Source: Zygnema circumcarinatum SAG 698-1b (lineage: Eukaryota > Plantae > Zygnematophyceae). Taken from it: a DNA stretch of 64,000 bases. Of this stretch, positions 10,411-20,929 are shown piece by piece (the first letter of the stretch is position 1; the number at the start of each line of letters is the position of its first letter). The translations under genes were made by a program, and so were the position numbers. The DNA lies in assembly GCA_037447605.1 (NCBI GenBank), contig CM074814.1:682001-746000 (forward strand), written 5' to 3'. Below the pieces are notes generated by a model that made no database searches, was not told the origin of the DNA, and was given only the letters and a program-made list of their open reading frames with translations.

Positions 10411-11388
10411 TCCACTGGTCCGAACTGTGAGGTTCGTCGCGCCAACACGGGACGTGACAAGTTCTGAACCGTGACGTGACGAAACGCATCCCGGCGTTTG
10501 TACGAACGCGTGGACGCGACGTGACAGGTTTCGGAACATTCACATTTGAAGCCGGGCGCGCGCATGCGAGTTCGGAATTTGTACGGACGCGCGAAACGAA
10601 GCGCGAACGGGAGCGCGGACGGGGCCCCGACGGCAGCCGGAAACGGCTAAGGGCCGTAGAAGGGGACTGGAGACGGGGAAGGGGCACGGAGTCGTTGAAT
10701 GAAGCATGCGATATACGGGCAACAGCGACAACAAAAAACACAAAATTACAGCCATTTTTCCACATGACGCCGCCTACTTTTCTTGCTGCCGCGTTGCTCA
10801 GAATTGGGAATACAAAACGTTGAAAGAGCAAAGCCTCTTGGATTACACTAATGTCAGGAGAACACACTTTATGAAAAAGAACCTCGAGTTATAGTACAAA
10901 ATTGAGAAATGTATCACAATTATCGGCTGTTTTTACGATCCAACCTGAGCACTGTAAGAGTGCGAGAGGACTTCACACTGGTTCTCAACCTGAACGTGAC
11001 TCGATGCTGCTTCTGCAAAAACTGTCATTCAGACCTAATCAGACAGTCCATCACATTACTTGCTGGCGACTGTACAGTATTTGCAACAGTGTGATGGAAT
11101 TGATTCAATGGAATCAGTCCCATAGCTTGGACGAATGTGAACTATTGCTACTTAAATTCCTGACCCTTTCTAACCCTGTCTCCCTCTTTCGCGTTTTTCC
11201 ACTCTACACCTCTAACCACTCCTCGCCCTCTACCACTGAATTCCATTTCGTCGCCTCCCATCTATCAACCATTGGAATACAAGTTCATTCAATTCATTCA
11301 GTTCAAGTTTGATTGCAACTTCACAATCCTCGACTGCCATACTCTATGCTCCTTTGTAGTGAAAGTTATCATTACATGCCTTTCGTCT

Positions 11389-12324
11389 CTACGACCACCG
11401 AACTTTCACAGTCCATCCATCACCGGCGGTCTTCCGCTTCCTGTCAAACTTTTGCCCCTTTGGAACAAACTGAACAGGAATAGAGGTCAAGCCTGAGAGT
11501 TTGAAAGCCCAGAGCCGCTTGTTGTCAAGAGACCAATATTCGGTTTCGTTGCACTTCACAACCCGAATAGCTGGCACATCTTTAGGCTGAACACTTCCAT
11601 TACCAAGATCCCTTGCAAGATCGAAAATGCTGCCGAACCCATTCTGAAACTTGTATGATATTGTTGACTGAGTGTACCTGATAATGTCAGGAGAAACATA
11701 GGACACAAGCTCGGTTTCCTCATAACCAATGTCTTCATCAAAATCATCGTTCACGTTCCAAGTAAGACCTTTCGAGTCAAACACGGCATAGGCTCCTTCA
11801 CATCCAAAAACTACATCAGTTGCACGATGTAGGTCAGCTACCAACGAGGCATCCTGCGTGCCGTAACGTATCGTTTTATTGTCAAGTAATGTCCACCAGT
11901 CTCCATTACTACCTAGGGCTAACTTCTCAGGAACGATATTATTCCGCCCGTAGGATGCAAACCTGTCCCTATGCCGTTGGCAAAGAGACTCCGTATAAGC
12001 GTATCCATTCGTGAACCGTACAAAATAGGTTTGGTTTGGACCAAACGACACATATTCAATATCTAGGCTGAGATTTTTTTCAAGAATGAGCTCGCCAAAA
12101 TCCGGCGGAGTATTCTCCCAGTAGCATTTCTCATCCTCAAACTTAACAAACCATTCCCCCGAGGGACCAAGCGCCAGGAAAGCGACAGGCGGAAGCTTCG
12201 GGTTGCGGCTGTTCAGCTTGTTGTGCAAAGTCGTCGGTAAGCCCCTCCAACTCTGATCTCCATCGTCGAAACGGACATAGTACGAGCCTTCAGGGCCTAG
12301 AGCCACAAACTCAACGTCAGCCAT
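11389..12324 (-). CDS. Intronless propeller-repeat plus ParB/Srx-like protein (paralogue 2, 311 aa; true start MADVEFVALGP)
   Basis: Colinear with 8076-9002, roughly two-thirds identical by eye. The ORF-track extension upstream of 12324 is low-complexity UTR. Confidence 0.8.
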   Translation of the reverse strand: MADVEFVALGPEGSYYVRFDDGDQSWRGLPTTLHNKLNSRNPKLPPVAFLALGPSGEWFVKFEDEKCYWENTPPDFGELILEKNLSLDIEYVSFGPNQTYFVRFTNGYAYTESLCQRHRDRFASYGRNNIVPEKLALGSNGDWWTLLDNKTIRYGTQDASLVADLHRATDVVFGCEGAYAVFDSKGLTWNVNDDFDEDIGYEETELVSYVSPDIIRYTQSTISYKFQNGFGSIFDLARDLGNGSVQPKDVPAIRVVKCNETEYWSLDNKRLWAFKLSGLTSIPVQFVPKGQKFDRKRKTAGDGWTVKVRWS

Positions 12325-13532
12325 TGCCCGGATGGAGCCAAAGCTTCCGCAACTACGGAAGCCTGTGCTCTCTGCTCTCTCTCCCTTCCTCCCTCCCTCC
12401 CTCTCTCTATTTTTCTCTCTCCCTCTCTCTTCGAGACGGCCACCTCTGTGCCTGCTCGACGCGATCGGGTACGTGCGTTTGAGAGAGAGAGGGAGAGAGG
12501 GAGAAGAAGAGACAGAGATGAAGCAAAGGGAGTAAGGCGCCGCGAGCGGGTGGGAGGGAAGAGGACGCGCACCAGCGGCAGCAACACGCGCTAGGCCGAC
12601 TCCCATCCTCAGCCGCAGGCTCTGCCCCGCCCCCTCCCTCTTTCTCTCTCCCTCTCTCCCTCTCCCTCTCCCTCCCTCTCTCTCTCTCCCTCTCCCACTC
12701 TCCCCCTCTCTCTCTTTCTCTCCCTCGCCCTCCCTCTCGCTCCCTCTCCCACCCTCTCTTCGCTCTCAACGTCTGCTGCGTCCGTCCTCTCTTGGAGGCA
12801 CCGCCGGCCCGGCTCAAGCAGGCGGCACCGTACGTCACAAGAGCCGTACGATTTCAGACAACTGGAAACTAAATGAAGAATTGGTTCTGTTTACAGTGGC
12901 ATTTGAAATACGATCGCGGTGTCTCGAGTACTCGTTTTGGTACTTTTACCCTTTGTACTCTCGCTGAAGCTGATTTTATACCGTACCTATTTGTTTGTCG
13001 TTTAGTACAGAAGTTCGGCGTACCAAATTTGTTTTTTTTTTTCCAGTGTCAGGGCAGCCCGAAAGACTTTTCGCGTCCGTGGCTTGGAGAATCCACAGTT
13101 AGGGCAGCCAAAAAACTTTCCATGTAGGCTCGAAAGTTCGGCTACGGACGTGTATATAAAATGCATGGATGTCAATGCAGCCTCGTCGGAACATGCCGAA
13201 AATTAGGTCTACGCGCCGCCGGTGAAATGTAGAACCCCTCCCTCGGCCAGCTGCCCAGAAATGGCCCTGCTCTGAACGCAGTCCTCGTCTCAACCCTAAC
13301 CCTAACTTTTATACACCGAATTCCAATCCTAGTCTACCGTATTCATAATCCACGGCCACGACGTCCTCTGATGCTTCTTTTTAAAAGTTTTCAGATTCCG
13401 TCCACGTCAATCGGGGCAATCCTCCTCTTCTTGCAGATCTTCCTCTTCCACTTCCTCGTACTCTTGCTTCCTTCCTCTTCCTTCCTATTCTTGCCGGTAG
13501 CCTTCCGCCACTCCCTCCCTCCCTCCGCGCGA

Positions 13533-13716
13533 TGTGACGCACATCGGTGACCTTTGCGGCTGCTAGGAAGGGCTGCGTTGTTGAGCCTAGGCGTAGCTTT
13601 CAGATCCTAGCTTTTTTCTTTTTTGCTTAGGTCCTTTGCGACCAGTTCCTCGGGGTTCCCCATGCTGAGTTTGTCCATGTTCATTTGATGGCCTCGCCAT
13701 TGTGAGATCAATGCCA
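13533..13716 (+). mobile_element. Second near-full-length copy of the ~200-bp dispersed repeat
   Basis: Aligns with 4444-4647 over its whole length. Confidence 0.75.
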
Positions 13717-14459
13717 CATCTTCTCTTCCTGCATGAGTGCGTGACGGACGGAGATGCAGATAAGGCACCGTAGAGTATAATAAAGTGGTTGTAAAATACA
13801 AATGAAAGGGGGAAAATGGTAAATGGGTTTTATTGGGGCTGAGAGCGCCTTTGTGCATTCTTATTTTAGGAGAGGACAAGGGAATTGATGTGAATCACAC
13901 CTTAGTATTGCTCAAAGCCTCTCTGGAACGACAGTCATGAGTTTTGTAGAATAGGGCAACGGAAGTGACATTACGGTAACAAAATGCACCTGCTGAATTG
14001 GAGGCACACATGCAGAGTAGAAAGGAAAGGCAATGTTGAGCATTCCGCATCCTCCCAGTGATCTCTCTTCATCGACTAAGGCGAAATTACAGGTGACATA
14101 ATACCAAAATTTTCGGACGAAGCACTTCAGGAAACGGGCAAGAGTCACGACAGCAGCAAAAGCAATTTAATGTTTAATCAAAGAACATTTTTTTTAATTT
14201 GGCAACAAGCCCTACATGGCATCTCCGAATTTGCTTCCTAATCACGTCCTCACATTGGAATACACGACACCAAAAGCACAAAGCGCTTTTCTACATCAAA
14301 TGTATGGAGCTTAACTTGCCTCCAATTTTAAAAAATAAGCACTTTTCGGCCTCTGAGCACTCCATTCTGGCTCTCAGCCTGCACTTGACTCTATGCTGCT
14401 CCTGCCAAAACTGTCACTAGACCTAATTTTGCCTTAAATCCCATTCCTGCAAACCCTAC

Positions 14460-15939
14460 TTAGTCTTGGGAAGATCGAAAAATCCCAAAAGCGGTCACTC
14501 CTCCTGCAACTGCAACAATCCCAAGGCCGATCGCTGGAAGAGGTGCAGTGACACCGATGGTCTGCAGAAAAGAAACCCTAAAAAGTGAGTGGCTGGTGGA
14601 ATAGTGACCTGGAGACAGACCTACAAACCATCACCATTAATCCAAAGGAAGACAACCTACAGCTATCCACTTCCTCAACTAATCATACAAACGTTCTAAA
14701 GCATGGACAGGCCCATGACACACAAAAAACCGCTCAATTTTAACAAGACTCACAATATGTTTTCTTCTGAAAAAACTAGCAAAGGCAGCCTTGATAACGC
14801 CTTTTAGAAATAAAAAACTACAGACACATACCTCGAGCAAGCCCTTTCCAGTTGTAACTTCGAGGCCCAAAGCACCAACAAATGCCAACATGGCCACGCG
14901 GCCAAGCCATGTATCTATGCTTGTCTTGGAGTCGTCTCCCTCCGCCATACACCGGATTCCTCCTGCAGCAGCCTTCTGCGATTGTACGGTACTCGCAACA
15001 GCTAACCTACGACCTAGAGCACCTGCATAGTATCGAGATTTGAAATATTGGTGCAGTGCTGGTTTGGGTAAAAGAGGGGTAAGGAGTTTGCGAGGACTTT
15101 CCAAAGACAACAATTGAGCGGGCTCTGAGATCCGGATGAGGACGAGGGCGACGGAGCTGAGAAAGAGCGAAAGAATGAGAGAAGGAAAGGGAGAGGGAGA
15201 GAAAGAGAGAGAGGGGAAGAGAGAGAGGGAGGAGAATGGGAGGGGAGATCGAGGGCGGGCGGGAAAAGGGTGGGAGCAGGGAACATGGGGAGAAGAAAAG
15301 GAGAAGGAAATTGTTGCACCTGTGGCATTCCCTTTTAGAAAGTCTGTGGAGATTGCGCCTGAAGAATATGACATAGCGCGGACATGGCTCCTGGTGAAGC
15401 CTTTAACTGAAGTTGTGCCGGTTCTGTGACTTGCAGAAACAGCTGAACGGAGAGTCGCAGACCCTGTTCAGCAACAGCATGTAAAAAAGGGATTATCAGG
15501 GCAACGCACAGCTACGTCAATTTCGACACTGAAAAAAACAACAACAAAAGGAAACGTTTCTGCATGTTGCAAACGTTTTGAACTGTTGACCTTGGAAAGA
15601 TGCAGAGTTTCTAATTGAGTAGGAGGTTTTGTAAATCTGATTGTGAATTACGTCAAGGTGCATTATGTCAAAAATAGCGCAAAGCTAGTAGATGCTTAAT
15701 GAGCATAGCTTGAAATGCTTTCCATTCGCTGTCACTGGACTTGCGACGTATACCAATCGTGCATTGCATAATTCGATAGATTCGCTTGTTCTCGAATGCA
15801 CTCATTACTACAAATGCGACTTTCAGAAAAATAATGTTTTCAGTTGATGTATTCAGCACCAAAATGTAAGGTTCGCCCGGAACAGAAACATACCTGAAGA
15901 GGAAGAGACACAGCAAACGGTTCTGCAGGCGACCTCCAT
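14460..15939 (-). CDS. SEP1: Stress-enhanced protein 1 (two-helix LHC-like protein)
   Basis: Exons 15939-15894, 15442-15320, 15022-14832, 14561-14460. LHC motif 'DTWLGRVAMLAFVGALGLEVTTGKGLLE' and second helix 'TIGVTAPLPAIGLGIVAVAGGVTAFGIFRSSQD*'. The first two exons (transit peptide) are less certain. Confidence 0.88.
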
Positions 15940-16726
15940 AGCTGCAAGCACATGTGGAGGAGAACTGTGAGTTAGACAACCACTGTTAGCTGTGCATAAT
16001 CCTATGAGTATTCTGCGGCAGCAGCTAGGCAACGTTCAAAAGACAAATGTTGCGGACTAAGCATGAAGGCTGGAGAGAAAGCAGGCGAGCACAAAAAGCT
16101 GCGCAATATTCAGTGTATCTTGAAATGGAGTGAATTCAAAACGCAGAGAGACAGTGGGCGAGGGAGGGAGGGAGGGAGAGAGGGAGGGAAGGGAGGGAGA
16201 GGTAGATTACTGGCGCCATGCATTACATCTTACCTTACAAGGAGAATATACGGCAAGCGACGAGAAAATGCCCCTTGAACGAAATCCCTAAAAGATGCTC
16301 GAAGGCAAAAGCAGGGCAGGAAGAGCAGGGAGGAGGGGGCTACAAAGTGACCTGCCCTGCAACTCTACAAGAAGTCGCGCGTCTTCCAATGGAAATCCGC
16401 CACGTGTACATAATTGCATACGTGACGAATTCTTATTGGCTAATATTCGAGTGGAGGCCGCGCTCACAACGGAGAAGAGGCGCCCCAAAAAGCGACGACG
16501 ACTAAAAGTAGAATCTCAAGTGCGAACACTTGAATGGAGGATCAAGTTGAGCTACTTAACAACGGTCACTGATTGGCCGATGAATAGTTGATCTAAATAG
16601 TGGAACCTGGATACTGATGTGATCAACTTGTGGATCCTGGATCAACCCGTCTGCCCACGGACTCACGGAGTCCACTTCTTCCCCCCCCGTCACCGCCGCC
16701 ACGTGGCGCGTCGATCGGCGTGCCAC

Positions 16727-19700
16727 ATGGCACTGTCGCGCGCGGTCCAGCGCGGCTCCCGGCGGGGCGTGCTCGCGCCACGTGGCAGTCGCCTGCTGAG
16801 CGCGAGCGCTCCTGGAGGGGGCGTTGACCTCTACTCTCTCCTGGGCGTGCCACGTGGCGCCTCCAGGGAAGCCATCAAGAGCGCCTTCTACTGCAGGGCG
16901 AAGGAGGCGCATCCTGATGTCCGCCATGGCCAAGGCCATGGTGACAAGGAAGAGTTTATCCGCCTCGCTGCCGCGTATGAGGTGGGGGAGAGGGAATGAT
17001 TAAGGATTTAGGGTTTGAAGGAATTTCATGGCTTGCAAGTTGAAAGGGTGGAAGTCTTGAAAGGGTGTTAAGGCTTCCAGATCATGAAGATTTTCGTATT
17101 TGATAGAGTTTTAGGGTTTTTATTGTTTACAATACTTGTAAAGCTTTAAAGTATGCCAGGGTTTGAAAGAGAAGGATGTTAAAGATCCGAGTAGATCCTG
17201 ACGTTTGACAAAACTAAAGCACTCACCCACATCTAGAACACGTCACATAACTATACTTGAATTACAGCTGAGTTGTTCATTTTAAATTTATAATGTATCA
17301 GATAATATGCCATCAAGTACACAGTTTCCTCTTGCAAGTGTCTCAACCGCTCTCAACCTTTTCTTGAAACCCGCACTTCACAAGTATAGTTGCTAAACAT
17401 CAAAAACAACATTTTTTTTTGATGAAAAGTTAATGAATGATACATATCCATGCCAATGCAATCTGCATCATCTTACATTTGATGGCATAATGTCCAAAAC
17501 TCAGGTCTTATCGGATCCCCAAACTCGACAGCTGTATGACATGGAACTACAGTCCACGTTTCGTTCAAAATCAACGCATCAAAGCTCGTCATTCCATGAT
17601 ACGAAAACGCCATCATGGAATCGAGAGAGGTAAGATATTCTTCCTCCCCATATCTTCCCTGCCCTCCCACTCTCGCTCCCTCCCTCTCCTCTCTCTGCGG
17701 CTACGTCTGACTCCTTCCCTCACTTCGATTTTCACAGAGAGGCAGCCATGGCTGCACAGTCAAACGCTGTTCCATGGCTAAGGCGTTACCGTTTGCTGGT
17801 GACACGTGCCGTTCACGGATTGGAGATTGAATCCAATGAGGGCCACGTGTCAAGTTTTGACCATCTTGGAGTCGGAGAATGGACTGTCGGTGCCACAAAG
17901 CGACAAGTTAAAGGAGAGTTCATTTCTGCTCTTTCTACCGCCTACTTTGGCCCCCCTCTGGATGAAGAGATGTTGCGGGAGAAAGGACTTCCGGAATGCT
18001 TTGAGGGAGAGGAGAGAGCGGCAGCGGGAGTGGGAGAGGTGTTGCATTTGGTCCATGGGAGGAGGCTTCTGGGTGTAGTGAGAGAGAGGCACGAGCGGCT
18101 GATCGAAGTAGGGAGGGATGGGAATGGTCTTTTAGAAGAGAAAGGAGGGAATTCGCGAAAGGCAGGGATGAATCTGCTTAACATTGACGGCAGGATAGAA
18201 GGCCATGGGAAGAAATCCGTAAACATGGGAGTAGGGGAAGGTAGAAGGAGAGAAAAAGCATACCCATCCTTGGAACTTGAGTTACATGGGCGAGTGGTAG
18301 CCACTGCGGAACGAATGCTGGTGAGAGCTGGAATGGAGGAGGACGAGGAACAAGACTGCAAGACACGAGCAAGCGACTATGTTGTGGTGTATGGAGTTGA
18401 AGGTGACGAAGGTTCTATGGATCAGCGAAATAATGGGGAGGAAGGTGTGGGGGGAGCTTCATCACCAGTGAGATATAAGAGAGGAAAGGAAGGAGACCTC
18501 GAAACCCGGAAGGTTCTGGGAAAGATTTTCGGCTTGGCAAGCCGAATGGAGGGAATGTGTCCTGTGGAGGGAGAGGGTGGTGAGAGACGGCATCTTCTGT
18601 CATTTCACAATACTCCTCTGGTGAAGCCCTCTCCTTGCAGGGTCTTCGACCGCTTTCGACGACTTAGGCATTCAGAGAGGTGGAGGGTTTAGTGGTTAGG
18701 AGAGACCCTCTGTTCCACTCACAGAGGGGAGATTGATGGCAGCCATGGCTAGGGCTGTTCCTCTGCAGGTTCGCCACATGCTCTTCTATCGGCAGGAGGA
18801 GGGCCGTCAGCTCTGCGAGTGTCGGCTACGCAGGGCATGGCTGCCACCCTCAAGGTGAGAGAGAGGGGTAATGCAAAAAATCCTGAAAATGAAAGAAATT
18901 GAAGGAAAGTCAAGTGGCAGGAAGGTCAAAGGAATAATGATGATGCTGAAAGAGGAAGGATCGAGGGATGTGTTGGTCAGGTTCGGGAGACAAATCTCAA
19001 GTGAATAGCAATGTGGTTTGGTGGCAGGATTTGTTCTGTTGACCGGTCCGAGGGTTCTAAATTTTAGGAGCTCTAAACCCTTTTTCTTCTACAAGGTGTT
19101 AGCATCTGAACCCTGTGGCTTTTGATAGAGATATCATCGGACCTTGTATATGTCCACGATGACTGCTTCTTTATTGTCAGAAGACGTCCTTATACCTTCT
19201 TTGCCTTGCTAGTATTCCCGTGATGATTGTGTCTAGCATCATTTGCCGAGCATGCAGGTATTGGCTGTTTGAACCACGCTGCCCTACCCATGACATTGGA
19301 GGCTGGTACTTTGAAATATTTCCAGAAAGGGACCGCACCAAAGGCCACCACATGAATCCGTACGCCGAAATGTTTCGAAGGGCGGAAGGGCGCGGCTCTT
19401 ATGCCTTCCACTCCACAGCAGTCACTCACTGGAAACCCCCCGGATCCCACAGGCATGTTGGCCACTACTCTACGTTGCAATCTTGCTCTCCCTCTCTCTC
19501 GCTCTCCCTCCCTCCCTCTCTCTCCTTCTCTCCACTTACTCTCCCTTCCTCCCTCCTTTCCCCTTCCTCTCCTGTTCTGTATCTCTCTCTCTCTCTTTCT
19601 CTCTCTGAGTCTCTCACAACAACCGCACATACCTGCAACTCTATTTCCGTTTGCGTCTGACAGTCTTATTTTTGCAGCAGGCTTCATCCAGCGATGTACA

Positions 19701-19834
19701 TTTTTGGAGCGGCGTACAAAACGTTGGACGAGGAAGAAGCTAAACTTAAGGGAGGTGGGCTAGCTGCTAAGGTTCTGCAGTTTTATTCGAATAGTAAACG
19801 AAGGGCTTACTTGTGGAAAGGGTGGAATGCATAA
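16727..19834 (+). CDS. DnaJ-domain protein (N-terminal targeting peptide, J-domain with HPD, conserved plant C-terminal region)
   Basis: J-domain 'DLYSLLGV...AHPD...AAYE|VLSDPQTRQLYD'. Later exons encode 'EFISALSTAYFGP...LPECFEGEER', 'RRAWLPPS', 'YWLFEPRCPTHDIGGWY' and 'RLHPAMYIFGAAYKTLD'; stop at 19834. Some internal boundaries are uncertain. Confidence 0.85.
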
Positions 19835-20467
19835 AGGGCGACGAAGCCTTTGCGGATGTTTTATTGTAAGATACGCTCTTCTTATGCATCACATTACTTG
19901 AAGGTTAATTAAGATGACCTGTCCTTTGACTTTAACTCAAGTTCTGAAGAGATGACATGCTCAGGACAGTGTTGGAGGTTTTCCGTTCCCTGTCTCTGTA
20001 AATGCAAAGCGTTCCTATACCTTTGAGGCGAGGGCTTGAGACCCATCCTCACGTCCCCTTTATGCTTAAACACACATACAGACATAGACACTATGAATGA
20101 CGGTGCCCTTAAAAGTGACGCCGCCAAGAGACTCCGTCGCACCTCAGTCCTTCCCAGGTTGCTTTCCCTTCGCCGACTGTTGATCTCATCTCAGCCCATG
20201 ATGGACCCATAGTTAAAGATGATGGAGCTCCCTCTGCGTGGTGGTAGCATGTGCAACATTGGAACGTTGCGGCCTTGACGCAGGCTTTGTTAAACAATCC
20301 CTTTTCATACAAATGCAAGTTTCCTTCACATTGTAGGACCTTGCGTCCTACAATGTGTTTCTATCCTTCTCCCCTTGCGGTTGTAGCCGACCCTTAGCCC
20401 TAAATTCTCTAATCCGCATCCACAGTTCCCAGGCGATCCAGCTGGCACTTGGCTGATCGAGTTTTGC

Positions 20468-20766
20468 CACGTGGCGACCATCTAGGCCCCAAGCAGGCGA
20501 GTCAGCAGCGTCATGCCATGCCACGTGTCATGCCACGTGTGGAGCCTACCTCCCTCGACAATCCCTGACAGCCTTTTCTCGACCGCCGATAAAAAGGCAA
20601 TTTCCACGTGGCAGCCAGAATCGTACGAAACTGCACGGTAACCACTCCGCACGTGCGACATCGAAAATCGACACCATGTTTCAGTGTTCGTACAATGCCT
20701 TCGTACGATAGTACGACAACCCGTACAAACTTTGGAGCAAATCTACGGCACTGTACTTGTCCGTAC
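20468..20766. promoter_or_regulatory. G-box (CACGTG) and GTAC motif cluster upstream of TIC236
   Basis: CCACGTG four times in 20468-20610; GTAC seven times in 20623-20766. Confidence 0.45.
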
Positions 20767-20929
20767 AACTCTGCTTCCTGTAAACGAAGCTGGCTACAGT
20801 CGCTGTCTCTCCTCAAAAGGCAGCCATGGATGCTGCTGCTGCTTTGCTGCACTCTGCAGGCCTGGGCTGCGGGTCCACAGCTCATATAAATTTAAATATG
20901 ATCTGATATTTTTTTATCCTTGCATCAAA

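Noticed and set aside
9507-10867. Repeat-protein ORFs (WLATSRMVVS / ETTIRLVANQ)
   Set aside because: All frames are open only because the 42-bp unit lacks stops; there is no start context or homology.
11389-12606. 405-aa N-terminally extended version of paralogue 2
   Set aside because: The extension runs through a CT microsatellite, and alignment with paralogue 1 puts the start at 12324.
20332-20352. Helitron 3' hairpin (TGTAGGAC-5nt-GTCCTACA)
   Set aside because: No CTRR terminus at the expected distance on either strand.
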